A stretch of 61,306 nt of DNA, counting the filler, from Circinaria calcarea (Eukaryota), in the NCBI GenBank assembly GCA_051942165.1. It is 12 parts of 12 records of this genome, joined end to end, with 100 filler letters (N's around TTAATTAATTAA, not from the genome) between each part and the next. Parts side by side here need not be neighbours in the genome. Positions count along the whole stretch, not along the records: positions 1 to 5,037 come from JAVECS010002074.1; positions 5,138 to 10,171 come from JAVECS010002075.1; positions 10,272 to 15,301 come from JAVECS010002076.1; 9 more parts are not named here. One strand, written 5' to 3'. Below are positions 1 to 11,324 of this stretch, piece by piece (within the stretch, counting starts at the first letter, position 1; each line of letters starts with the position of its first letter). The position numbers and the translations under genes are program-made. The notes beneath the pieces were generated by a model. That model had not been told where the DNA came from. It saw nothing but the letters and a program-made list of their open reading frames with translations, and ran no database searches.

Positions 1-340
1 GAACTCCAGTACGCAAGACTGGGCCAGCGTCACCGGAACAGCGGCCACGATCTCGAACAGCGACCCACGGATCAAGGAAGTGTACAGTTCGGGCACGAGT
101 GCTTGGTTTGGGGATCTAGGAGATGGTGTTCACACGGGCACACCGGGGGACCCCAGAATGACGCTGGTCGAGGTCAAGAGCAAGTACATTTCGTACTGGA
201 AGAGCACCGTCACCTCCGTTGGATTCGTCAAGGAGGTTGCTCTTGGCGCAATGACCGGCAAAGTTGCAAACACGGGAGTGCAAAGACAGCTTCTCGAGGA
301 GGACATTGAGAAGATGAGGGAAACTCAGGGAGGCAGCTAA
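1..340 (+). CDS. bli-3: Blue-light-inducible Bli-3-like protein (PNPOx-like FMN split barrel), 3' part
   Basis: Frame from base 2 reads NSSTQDWASVTGTAATISNSDPRIKEVYS..AWFGDLGDGVHTGTPGDPRMTLVEVKSKYISYW; the WFGDLGDGVH.G.P.DPR motif is typical of Bli-3; 5' end lies outside the window. Confidence 0.8.
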   Translation, partial: NSSTQDWASVTGTAATISNSDPRIKEVYSSGTSAWFGDLGDGVHTGTPGDPRMTLVEVKSKYISYWKSTVTSVGFVKEVALGAMTGKVANTGVQRQLLEEDIEKMRETQGGS

Positions 341-663
341 GACCGCTGGCGCCCAAGGGACGGACCGCAAAGTCAGATATTGGGATTACAGGACGTTGAG
401 ACAAGCAGATATCACGACAGGATGAAGACGAACGACTAGCTTCGGAAATCAACCATTTATGAGAATCTTGTCTTGAATGCCCAGTATCGTGATGATATTT
501 TCTGTCGGATATATTGTTGGTGACCGTAGATGAGTAGACCTCGGCATAGCGCTTGAATAAAAACATTGCAACCCGGGCCGAACTTGCTCGCTAAATATTA
601 ACCTCTAGATTTGTGGGACCCCTCCAGAGTTCGTGGTCTCATACCCGAATTCTAAGCTAGAAG

Positions 664-883
664 TGTAAGGGCTTTACCCCAGAACCCCTACGAACCCTAC
701 GGGTGAACTATACACCGAGGTCACGAGGTGTTAGCTTAGCGAGAAGGGTTTCCCTCGCGAAGCGTTACACGAGAACTCTTTAGCAATAATTCATACGCTA
801 TGCGAACCTATTGAGCACATTATCACACAGTTTACCGACCCTTATTCGTAAGATCATTATACTATTCGTAAAGGATCCTTACA
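664..883 (-). mobile_element. Solo LTR, family A (220 bp)
   Basis: TGTAAGG...CCTTACA termini; homologous copies at 4857-5037 and 19480-19854; flanks AGAAG/AAAAA could be a 5-bp TSD altered by G>A; orientation taken from the polypurine tract at 19855-19867. Confidence 0.85.
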
Positions 884-941
884 AAAAACGACTTCCCACA
901 CAAATATGTTGTTCCCCTCACCAAAAATACTGGATGAAATC

Positions 942-1037
942 CTCAGACTGCGCTTCGCGCGCACGCTATTTTTAGCATCTATTAACTGTATACAGCCATT
1001 CCGAAAAATACGCGGCAGCGAAGCATAGCAGTCTGAG
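942..1037. repeat. Imperfect ~96-bp inverted repeat (MITE-like hairpin)
   Basis: CTCAGACTGCGCTTCGC ... GCGAAGCATAGCAGTCTGAG arms with a central CTGTATACAG palindrome; no TSD visible. Confidence 0.45.
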
Positions 1038-1153
1038 TTTCTGAGACAGTTAGGGATCTCTGGTACTCTGGCTTTCTAATTTCTTATTCCGCAGGAAAAG
1101 ACGCAAACCGCCGACCGCAAGATAGCAACGCATGATATCTTCGGAGGGAGCGA

Positions 1154-2575
1154 ATGATGATGTCTTTTCTCGCAGACTTCAATCTTCTGCCTTCAAGTTT
1201 TCCTCTCAGTTTCTTCGATTGTTTTCCCACCACGGTCTGGTCGAAGCCATGGACCATGTATATTCTCCTCGTGCTGTCTCTACACCTGTGCCTTGCCAGA
1301 GCACTTAGATATCGCCGTGTCAATACAATGGAGCGCAGATATCGCCATTTGATAGAAAATCCATCCCGAATGACTCTCACCGAGGCGTTCACGATACATA
1401 ACTACCTCTTCCAGCTCGAATTCCCTACCATCTTCCACGCCGCTTCAGGCTTTTCTCTCCTCAAGGCATGTCCACCTTTCTTACCTCTCAGCGAGCCCTA
1501 TCTCTTTTTATACTGCGGACTAACCATACGGCCGCTAACGTCTAGACATACGGCATTCCTTCGATTTCGAAGATCCTCGTCGGCACCAGGCAACTGACAT
1601 CCCAAGGCAGTCTAGGGAGCAAGCGTATGGCCGATACCAAGGCTCTTCTTTTCGAAGCCCTACTCAACCACCCAACCTCCCATCGAGCAGTTAGTGCCAA
1701 AGCACGCATCAACTACATCCACACCTTGTATTCAATTAGACCAGATGATATGCTATATACCCTGAGCCTTTTTGCACTCGAGCCCGCGCGGTGGACTGAT
1801 CGATTTGAGTGGCGTAAGTTGACCGACCTAGAACTCTGTGCTCTAGGGGTATTCTGGAAAAAAGCAGGAGAAGACTTTGGTGTTGTTTATAGTAGTCTTC
1901 CGTCGGGCATGGATGGGTGGGAGAACGGAAAGGAATGGCTTATGGAGCTGGATGATTGGAGTCGCAGCTATGAAGAAGCATACATGGTGCCAGCAGATGC
2001 TAACAAGATACTTGCGGATGTGAATATCGAACGTGTACTGTGGAATGTTCCAAGTGGTCTAAAAGGATTATTCAAACTCTTTGTGACCGCTCTCCTGGAG
2101 GAAAGGCTACGTTGCGCCATGAAGTAAGGTCTTATCCATTCCCATACTCTTCCATATGTTTAAACAGCTCTTGTCTAGGCTCCCAGATCCCCCCTGGGTT
2201 ATACACACGATCTTGTCCATTACCATTACCATACGCAAAGCCGCCCTTCATCGTCTATACCTCCCCCGCAACAAAATAAAGAACCTCCCACTTCCATCGG
2301 CTCCCAATGGGAAAGTCCATTTACTGAGTTATCGCAAAGACCCTTGGTACGTCAAGCCAACGAGGAAGAACAGGTGGGGTTTAAAAGCGTTGTTGATTCG
2401 ACTGAAAGGCGGAAAGATTCCGGGGGACGATGGAAGTACATATGCACCAGAAGGCTTTGTTTCGAAGGAAATAGGTCCAGACGTGGCAAAGGACTCGGAT
2501 CAGGCTATGGACAAGTTGATCGAAAAGCTAGCTGGTTCCTCCAAGGGTAGTGAATGCCCCTTTTTCTTAGCTTGA
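1154..2575 (+). CDS. ER-bound oxygenase MpaB/DUF2236 (rubber oxygenase-like) family protein, 3 exons
   Basis: Introns 1466-1545 (GC-AG) and 2124-2178 give LEFP..FSLLKTYGIPSISKIL..KRMADT..ARINYIH..DDMLYTLSLFALEP..WTDRFEWR, and C-terminal CPF; N-terminal hydrophobic anchor; start could instead be the ATG near 1256. Confidence 0.8.
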
Positions 2576-2706
2576 TCGGTCTTCATGGTGGAGTCATATC
2601 GCTTTGTATGTGTCCAGTATATACTTAGGATACTAGACTTGATTTCAACCCGAGAACCATCGAACTAAAGCTAAGCTTATCCAGAACGAGGTGATTTGCT
2701 CAGTAC

Positions 2707-3939
2707 TTATAGCATTCTGGGCAGGAACGCCAACCACTGTACATTAACATAGCAACTCAACGGCAGCGCACGAATACTAGAGAAAGCCACAGCCAATGCC
2801 AAGAATCTCGCGCAGAGGTAAAGGAATGTGGGTATGATGAATGTGAGCAGGTTCCACGGCCACGCTGTCTTATGGCCTTCGAGGTAGTAAGAATGATTCA
2901 AGCTTCTCCGATGATGTTTCGCTTCCAAAACTCCGTGGAATCCCAGCGTTGCTTCTGCAACGATACACGAGACCCGCCAAATGAGTTTTTCCGATCTGGT
3001 TGGAAAGGCGAAACTCCAGTCGAAGAAATGCAAAGTGGAGAAACAGAAGGCCACCAGACTGAGGAGACCACGCTGGCGGAGGCTGTAGAGCTGAGGATTG
3101 CGGTCGTTGGGTATTCGTTGCAAGGGATGTTGGTGGGGCCCGTAAAGACGAGCGAGGCATGGCCATTGATCAAAGATGTAAACCTTCGGTTCCACAAAAT
3201 CTAAAGGGGTATTCCAAAATATTTCTTTGGCGGAAGGACCTCCCTGCGAGAGGATCTCCGTAACTGTAAAATCAATACTGAGAACCGTTGGTGTACTGAC
3301 GTTGAGAGGTTTCTTGAGCCAGAACAGAGCTGTTGTGACGGTACAAAGTATGATGCCGCATGTATAGAGTTCAAGTGGTGATACTGCTAGACCCTGGATT
3401 GCACGAGCAATACATTGGGTGATGAACCCAATAGTCTGCACACAAAGAAAAATCTTCGTCAAGACGTCGGCTTTGCTTTTGTCTGAGATCTGTTCCACCG
3501 AGATTGTTGGAATTGATAGATATTTTTTTTTGACCAAGTAGTGGATTTGCTTTGCTGAAACCGGGAAGCATGGATATCCAGGTGACCGAAGCATGAAGCC
3601 CCCCATATCTGCGTAAAACCCGTGCACGACGGTCCATTCCTTATACCCAATGGTCCTCATTGCGTCAGCCGATCGTTTTGCCGATGCCCATTGACCTCCC
3701 GCTGCAATAATCACAAATTCCGGCAATATCCCATTCATTGCGAACCAGCGAAGTTTTCGGAGAAATGTGCAAAGAAACCCCTCATTATACGTAGGTAGGT
3801 TGAGATGGATCATAACCCAAAGGCATATAAACAATGTAGTCAAACAGCTCCAGATAATGTCCGCAGTTCCACGTTGAACGCTTTGATCGACCCATCCGGA
3901 ACTCAGTATTGAAGGCGCTGTAGTAACATTTTGTGCCAT
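2707..3939 (-). CDS. Uncharacterised fungal multi-pass membrane protein
   Basis: 410-aa intronless ORF with motifs RGT.DIIWSC..T.F.C.W..IHLNLP, WT.VHGFYADMGGF, I.DKSKAD...K, QCIAR..QGL..SPLEL.T, which recur in a large ascomycete hypothetical family. Confidence 0.75.
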   Translation of the reverse strand: MAQNVTTAPSILSSGWVDQSVQRGTADIIWSCLTTLFICLWVMIHLNLPTYNEGFLCTFLRKLRWFAMNGILPEFVIIAAGGQWASAKRSADAMRTIGYKEWTVVHGFYADMGGFMLRSPGYPCFPVSAKQIHYLVKKKYLSIPTISVEQISDKSKADVLTKIFLCVQTIGFITQCIARAIQGLAVSPLELYTCGIILCTVTTALFWLKKPLNVSTPTVLSIDFTVTEILSQGGPSAKEIFWNTPLDFVEPKVYIFDQWPCLARLYGPHQHPLQRIPNDRNPQLYSLRQRGLLSLVAFCFSTLHFFDWSFAFPTRSEKLIWRVSCIVAEATLGFHGVLEAKHHRRSLNHSYYLEGHKTAWPWNLLTFIIPTFLYLCARFLALAVAFSSIRALPLSCYVNVQWLAFLPRML

Positions 3940-4440
3940 GCCAAATATATAATGTAATAGTAAAGAATAACCACAGAAACCGCCTCAATAATCAGGCTAC
4001 GAAATCGACAAGCTAGAGACAGTGGATTAGAGGTAAACTTATATTCAGGATAAGGTCAAGTCCTCGGTATTTGTTTCAAAACTGAGGGTTGGGCACAACC
4101 ATTGCAAACCCATTTTGACCACTGCCGCAAGATATGCACAATGCATGTATGCTGAGCCAGTAGGCCGCATTATCCTGTATAGATAGATCTATAGGATGAT
4201 ATTAGCACCTCTTATGTTTCATCAGCATGATAAAAATCGCGGCGGGTTATCGGGGGCGGGTTGTCGGTGCAGGTTTTGAAACCAATTCACCAGGCAGGTA
4301 TCACGCCCGAGCAATCTCTCCTGCTGTGCCGGCTTCATGCTCTTAAAACTGAGGCGCACTGCCTTCGTCCCCTGCCTGTGAAGGCATAGAAGCGTCATAC
4401 TAACTCATCTCGGCATAATTAACAATATTTGCCTTAAAAC

Positions 4441-4742
4441 TGTTATGGCGCCAGCACCATGACATGTACTAGGCCAGGAGAGGGCTAGCCCCGGAAGGGA
4501 AGAACCGTAAAGCCGGTTGCTCAGCATGCTCATGAAGGTGAGCAGGGTGAGTACCGTATTATATATAGCAGGCTATTCCCGCTCTTTAGAATAGCATGCT
4601 TATAGAACCATAACGAGTTCAATATACTCCTTTTATATTGAGCCTAGGGCAACAATTCAACTACACCCTATGTAACCGTGCTATCACCAATCGAGACTTA
4701 TCATATTCCTCAATAGGCCCCAAGGATTGCAGCGCCCTTACA
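4441..4742 (+). mobile_element. LTR, family B (~302 bp)
   Basis: TGTTATGGCGC...GCGCCCTTACA imperfect terminal inverted ends; internal TATATATA; first ~170 bp homologous to 19308-19479 and last 22 bp to inverted 19286-19307; strand arbitrary. Confidence 0.7.
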
Positions 4743-4856
4743 TATATAATAACCCTGCTCACTTTACTCATTTATGCTCATTACCTATAAGTATATTAAG
4801 CACCCATAAGCACCCATAAGCACCGGTCCTCTGCTCATCCTGCTCACCTATATTTA

Positions 4857-4981
4857 TGTAAAGATCCTCTACGAATAATATAATGATCTTACGAATAAGG
4901 GTCGGTAAACTGTATGACAATGAGCTCAATGGGTTCGTATAGCGTATGAATTATTGCTAAAGAGTTCTCGTGTAACGCTTC
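4857..4981 (+). mobile_element. Family A LTR, 5' part, interrupted
   Basis: Begins TGTAAAGATCC and matches the reverse complement of 664-883; broken at 4982 by an opposite-orientation copy. Confidence 0.8.
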
Positions 4982-5037
4982 TGTAAGGGCTCTACCCGAG
5001 AACCCCTACGAACCCTACGGAGGAACTATACACCGAG
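4982..5037 (-). mobile_element. Family A LTR end nested in the previous copy, cut by contig end
   Basis: TGTAAGGGCTCTACCCGAGAACCCCTACGAACCCTACGG is nearly identical to 664-718. Confidence 0.8.
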
Positions 5038-5137
5038 NNNNNNNNNNNNNNNNNNNNNNNNNNNNNNNNNNNNNNNNNNNNTTAATTAATTAANNNNNNN
5101 NNNNNNNNNNNNNNNNNNNNNNNNNNNNNNNNNNNNN
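5038..5137. other. Artificial contig spacer
   Basis: N44-TTAATTAATTAA-N44, stop codons in all six frames. Confidence 0.99.
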
Positions 5138-6725
5138 GAACCGTCCCAACCGCTCAGAACGTGGCCTAAGATCCACACACGTTCGCCTGCATCTTCTGCG
5201 GCTTGAAGTTCTTGAATTAAGAAGCTGAACGATCCTGATACGTCAGGATTGGAAGTGTTAATGAAGTTAAGGATATTACTCCGGTACCAAAAGTCGGTGT
5301 TCAGAGTAATAATGCGTAGTCCGTATTGGTTCAAAGTCGAATACGCGCCATAGTGAATTCTAGCTTGGTCAGCTGTGGATGCGTTCACCCAACCCTCATA
5401 TTGCCATAGCGCAGACACAAAATCGTAGTTCCAGCTAAGTTGCTGGCCGAGGGGTCCAGGAAGACTATGTGGAGCTAGAGAAGGCATCCATAAGCGGTTG
5501 TTGAGAATTGGATAGGAGACAAACCATCTATGGCTACTGGATTAGTATCATGGTTCCCCAGCACTGCGAAGACCGGGCTTCCGATATAATCCTTAAATAA
5601 CTCGAAGACAGCCGATTCTGTATACTTCACTAAAGCTCTAGAAAGAGCATTCTGGGGATCGTGAGCGACAGCTTGGAAATATTCAGTAAACGACATTTTG
5701 ATAACTAACATGGAGCATCACTCACTATCACCCGTATATATGGACCATGCCAGAGATGAGTTGCCATCAGTACCGGTCAACGGAGCAATTGCCTGCAATG
5801 CGGCGACTCCAAGGTCATACGGTACATCACACTTGTAACCTCCGTATAAGGAGGCTGACAAGGATATTTGGCCTGACTTCAAATTGGCGTTCTTCACGTT
5901 CGTCCTGCAGCACAAGCCTGTTGTGCAGTTGGCTTCTGAACCAGCCGAGTATCGCGGATCAAGATGAAAGTCGGACAGATGCAAAACTTTGACGCGCTCA
6001 CCACTGGGTGAGGGCGCCGTAGTGTCCTTAGGCTTGGACTTCGGGAATAGGTTCGTAGTGTTTAATGGAGATGTGGAAGGAGCGGTGCAAAACGTGGATG
6101 AAAGTGAGTTGCATATATATCGTCCGTCTAGCCCGCTAACGTCGGCAAGGACCATAACTTGGGTCCACACGGCTCCCGAGGTTCCGGCCGAGTAAGAATT
6201 GGTACAAGATGAGTTCGAAGCAAACCCAGTCGATTGGCAGAGGGCAACTAGGGCATTAGGAACATATTGGGGCGTGATCTGAGCAACCAGCTTCCCGATA
6301 TTCAGGGCAGCGACGCATTTGGAGCAGTTTCCAGAGATACCCCCCGCGCCAGATATAATTTCTCTTATTTGACTTATTGCTGCAGAAACGAAAGCCTCCG
6401 CGGTAGCGTTGGAAACGTTGGCAATTGCTGGCGGAAAGTAGATAGGATCATTGTCAGAGGTCGGTATAGTATTTGGATCCGTCAGATTGAGTGGAAATGT
6501 ACTGTTCGAAACCGGATCATATATTATCGGCTGAGGCTCTTGCGTAGGCACTGGAGGTGAAAAGTAGGAGGAGAACACAGAGGTAGGGAAGCCGGCGCTG
6601 ACAACATACGATGGCACGCCAGGAATGGAATCATGTTGCGCCTTCACATAGCAAGGCAAAGAAGATGATAATAGTGCTACAGCAACGCAGATTTTCAGGA
6701 CAGGAGAATGTTGTTGCTCAGGCAT
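5138..6725 (-). CDS. Acid sphingomyelinase-like secreted metallophosphoesterase, 3' truncated
   Basis: Signal peptide, saposin-like Cys region, metallophosphoesterase motifs HLSDFHLDPRY, TGD.VAHD, GNHD, LNTDFWY, WILGHV; two short introns near 5672-5725 and 5475-5525. Confidence 0.9.
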
Positions 6726-7146
6726 TCCCAGCGTCTTTGCTCTGGAGACGTCTATTTAGAAGTGTGAGAAGCAAGCAGTTGGCAATGAAGTCAAGAGATC
6801 GAAAGAGATACACCTCCACCGGCGTCATACTTATAAGTCTTGCCATGGGTTACAGCTTCCATCTTGAGCCCAAGTGTTGACGTTGAGGCAGCATCTTACT
6901 TTGGTGATATGCAGGTCCGACGAATCACTCGAGATAGGAGCAGCACGTTGGCGAGCATTGGCGAGATACTTGGAAACGGGGGCTACGGAGCAGTCGGGCC
7001 GACAAGAAAAGCTCAGTTACCCGATTCAGTTTAGCCCGGTAAACTTTGGATTTCCACAAAAGCTTTATTGAATTTGTCGAAAGTACCACCGGCCCTCTTG
7101 ATCAGGCGTCTGTGACATGCAATTGTAATTACTTGCGCCCTTCGCC

Positions 7147-9562
7147 ATGGTGCTCTTTATACTCACCGAGACAAGTGCGGGATATGCCCTCTTAAAAGCT
7201 TCAGGTACACTCGTCCCTGCGTGAATGCATTGAGTCGTGTCTAACGGCAATATCCATAGATAAAAAGCTGCTGCAAAGAGAAAATCTTGCAGCAGATACA
7301 GATTCTGCGGAGCAAATATGTTCACTGTGCGTTTACCATCATCGATATCTGCGCACTGAGTCGTCCCCATTAGATTGCGCCTGCCACATGGGATTCAAAA
7401 TCTAGACTTACACGACATATCTCATAGCTTAAAATTGAAGAATTTCCAAAAATTCGATAGTGCCGCGACAGCGTTGGAAGAGGTTGCCGCTTTGGTCGAG
7501 GGCAAGGTCACACCTCGGTTGGCATCTTTGCTCGACTCCATCAAAGATGAAAAGAAAGTGTCATTAGCTGTTGCAGACCCAAAGCTTGGTATGCGGATTA
7601 GAGACCCAATATCAGAATCTGAAAGAACTGACAGCTGCAGGCAATGCTATTAACAACCTTCCTCAACTCTCCATCACCCCAATATCTGACTCTACGACGG
7701 CGGATCTGTACCGTTCCATTCGCAACCATTTACCTTCGCTGATCCCGGGATTATTACCACAAGATATTTCTACAATGTCACTAGGTTTATCCCACTCGCT
7801 CTCCAGGCATAAGCTCAAATTCTCTCCCGACAAAGTCGATACGATGATTGTGCAAGCAATTGCTTTGCTCGATGATCTGGATAAGGAGCTGAACACGTAT
7901 GCTATGCGCGTAAAAGAATGGTACGGCTGGCACTTTCCTGAGATGGGGCGCATAGTAAATGACAATCTGGCCTACGCACGAGTAATCCTAAACATGGGTA
8001 TGAGGACGAGTGCTGCAAACACTGATCTTGCAGAAGTTCTACCCGAGGAGATTGAGACCGCTGTGAAGGCTGCAGCGGAGGTTTCAATGGGTACCGAGAT
8101 TACTACGGAGGATTTGGATAACATACAGGCGCTTGCAGAGCAGGTTGTTAACTTCACCGAATACCGGCAACAATTGTCGAGCTATTTGTCCGCCCGTATG
8201 GCTGCAATTGCACCTAACCTCACCGCTCTTGTTGGCGACCTTGTAGGCGCTCGATTGATCGCTCATGCTGGAAGTCTCATGAATCTAGCCAAAAGTCCAG
8301 CTTCAACCATACAGATCCTAGGCGCAGAGAAAGCACTGTTCCGAGCTCTAAAAACAAAGCATGACACACCAAAATACGGACTGATTTATCATGCGTCGTT
8401 GATCGGTCAGGCCACTGGAAAGAACAAGGGCAAAATTGCTAGAGTACTTGCAGCAAAAGCGGCTATAGGCATCCGTGTTGACGCCTTAGCAGATTGGAGC
8501 GCCGAAGGTGAAGGGAAGGGCGACTTAGTTACTGAAGAGGAGAAGTCTGCCCTCGGGGTTGAAGGTCGGCTCAAGATTGAGCGACGACTCGCAGGCTTGG
8601 AAGGTAGACCGTTGAGATCCAAAGGCGTCACCATAGGACCAAGTGGTGTACCTAGTCAACCTGGGAAATGGGAAGTCAAGGAGGCTCGAAAGTATAATCC
8701 CGATGCAGACGGTCTTGCTGGTGATGAGCCGGCTGCTGCAGTTCCGATTACCGAAAAGCCTAAGAAGGAGAAGAATCACAAGAAGGAGGTGACCCAGAAG
8801 GAGGAAGAAGTCAAGAGGATTGAGGAAATTGAGGAGGATGAAGACGAATCAATGTCCGATGGTGAGGTTTCAGAGGAACAGCAATCCGAAAACGAAGATG
8901 AGGAGATGGTAGACGAGCCAACTGTCATGCCGGACTCTGACGCGAAGTCAGCTCCAGTTACTAACGGCGCTGCTAACGATGCCAAAACTGCAAACCATAC
9001 AACGGGCGCCGATGAGAAATCGGAAACAATATCGACTGTCTCAGCGGATACACCTGATTCGCCCGACTCGCCTACACAGCAGGAAAAGAACTGGCAATCC
9101 AAGATTCTTGGGAACACTAAAGATGCTAAAAAGGCCCGAAAGAAGGAGAGACATGCACGTAAGCTTGCATTATCGGAAGAACGAAGTAAGAAGAAGGCAC
9201 TTAAGAATGCTAAGCTTGCAAGGAGATTAGACCGTAAAGAACGTCGACAAAAAAGGGCAGAGCAGCTTGACAGACGTGAAGAACGAGATGAAAAGCAATA
9301 TGCTGCTCTTGCGAAGCAGGCTGGCTTAACAATAAGTCGGTACAAACGAAAACTGGAGAGGGGAGAGATCAAGTTCAACGAGGATGGGACTCCGCAGGCG
9401 ATCTCGAAGAAGGATATTAAGAGGGCTGAAAAAGCGGCCAGAAAAGCGGAGAGAGTTACGAATATCGATGCAGGTGAAGGGAAAAAGAGGAAGAGGGAAG
9501 AGGATGCAGGAGAGACGGTAGAGAAGGGCGAGAAAAAGAAAAAGAAGAAGCTAAAGGAATAG
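7147..9562 (+). CDS. NOP58: Nucleolar protein 58 (box C/D snoRNP)
   Basis: [18 protein letters not shown] start; introns about 7205-7259, 7327-7427 and 7589-7640; NOSIC/Nop domain [63 protein letters not shown]; Lys-rich tail. Confidence 0.95.
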
Positions 9563-9932
9563 ATATTTGACTTTCCTTAAGACCCTTTGGTGTAGCATAT
9601 GGCAGTTCTGGCTCTCCGGTGATATCTTGGTAGATGATCCTTGAGCCTTTTGTACATGGCGTACGATGGCGGTTAATAACTCTCAGGTGGATATCCCGAA
9701 GTAGTCTACAGATAGTCAAACTCTAGGTCTTCCAATCAAAGTCCTTTTTGTGATGAGATGCCTGCGAACCCAAGTTACGCCGACCACCTAGTGTCTTAGA
9801 GTGCGTAACGTCTTGCATAGCAGTCCTATATAGCTACCTTCTGCATGTCCAGTAAATCCATTTCCAAATACCGTGTTAAGTGTAACCGCCTATCTGCACA
9901 CTATTCCCTTCTCATTCATTACAACCACAATC

Positions 9933-10171
9933 ATGAAGGTCCAGTTCCTCCCACCCACTCCATTTCCACACGTCCACACCACTCGCTAACAACTCCCCCC
10001 AAACAGATCCTAGAATCCCAATCCGCAACCCTCACAAACTACGAAGTCCTCACCCACCTCAACGCCCTCGCCGCCAAGAACTCCCCATCCTCCTCCGCCA
10101 TCACCCCGCAACCCCCGCCTCTAAAGTCTCCCAACTACGAAACCATCACCAAACAACTACACCACTACCTC
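9933..10171 (+). CDS. RPC17: RNA polymerase III subunit C17 (Rpb4 family), 5' part
   Basis: ATG AAG, intron 9939-10006 (CTAAC..CAG), then ILESQSATLTNYEVLTHL, matching the Rpc17 N-terminal L(S/T)NYEVL motif. Confidence 0.75.
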
Positions 10172-10271
10172 NNNNNNNNNNNNNNNNNNNNNNNNNNNNN
10201 NNNNNNNNNNNNNNNTTAATTAATTAANNNNNNNNNNNNNNNNNNNNNNNNNNNNNNNNNNNNNNNNNNNN
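10172..10271. other. Artificial contig spacer
   Basis: N44-TTAATTAATTAA-N44. Confidence 0.99.
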
Positions 10272-10369
10272 TTCGTACTTCGTACCGCCCATACCAACTT
10301 GGTACCCTTCTTTTCCCCAGGAAAAAAACTCCAAGTTCAGAGTCAGAGTTCATAATAGCCTTTTTTATA

Positions 10370-10930
10370 CGGCAAATATCTAAAATAGCATATAGTTTTG
10401 GCCATTCTATCTAAAATAGCATGTACATATCTAAAATGGTATATTATTATAAATTACATTACACTAAGTTTTTATGTGTTTCCGAAATAGCATATTCTCG
10501 CAAAAAGTTAAAATTCTTTCGGAAATAGCACATATTTTTGGAAAGCTATTATTCTATATATTAGCTAAGTTTCCTTCCTTATTTTCTTCTTAATAAATGA
10601 TTTTATTAATTTTACTGCAAACACTGCTCTCTGGTTCCTCTATCGCCCCTCTGCCCGCTCGCCCCTCTGCCCGTTCCCTGTGCTGTTTTTTTTAGCCCAG
10701 TTTCCATGAATTTCGAGCGAGGGTAATACTCGCTGTTTTATGTAGATCGTTCGAAAAGAGTCCTAGATAATCGTGCTGAACTGTGCGAAAAAAAAGTAAT
10801 TAATAATGAAAATGTGCTATTTTGGAAATAAATATGCTGTAATGTAATTTATAACAATATGCCATTTTAGATATGTACATGCTATTTTAGATAGAATGAC
10901 AAAACTATGTGCTATTTTAGATATTTGCCG
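10370..10930. mobile_element. Non-autonomous Mutator-like (MULE) element, 561 bp
   Basis: TIRs of about 95-125 bp (CGGCAAATATCTAAAATAGCA... / ...TGCTATTTTAGATATTTGCCG) containing repeated AAATAGCA motifs; 9-bp flanks TTTTTTATA / TTTTTTGTG differ only by transitions; AT-rich, no ORF. Confidence 0.8.
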
Positions 10931-11324
10931 TTTTTTGTGTGAACCGGGCCCCAAGCCCCTTCAGACCCCAAGCCCTTCATGCCCCAAGTCCCAAGTCCCA
11001 GCTCCCAAACCCCGGAAAGACCACTCATTCATTCATACCGAGTTAAGAAACACGCATACTTGATTTTTTTTTTTAAAAAAAAACAAAAAAAAAACAAACA
11101 CCAGTTGTATGGAGCATACTCGCTAGGGCCCACGAGGGGATACGGAGAGTTACGAGTACGGGATATGGGGGTGGGAAGTTGGCGAGATGGAGATTTCTTT
11201 TTTTTCTTTCATTCACTGGAGCTATGACGTTCTACTGAACCGATCAAAAAGTCAGAAATTATCCTCAGGTCGCCCCACAACCACCCAAATCCAACCCAAC
11301 CCACTCCCAAGAAAGAAAAACCAT

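Noticed and set aside
5082..5093. TTAATTAATTAA recurring about every 5.1 kb as a biological periodic repeat
   Set aside because: Always centred in N runs; it is a six-frame stop linker added during concatenation
1154..6725. Secondary-metabolite cluster around the MpaB-like gene
   Set aside because: No PKS, NRPS or prenyltransferase present, and the sphingomyelinase is on a different contig
7327..7427. Intronic snoRNA in NOP58
   Set aside because: No paired RUGAUGA/CUGA boxes or H/ACA layout visible
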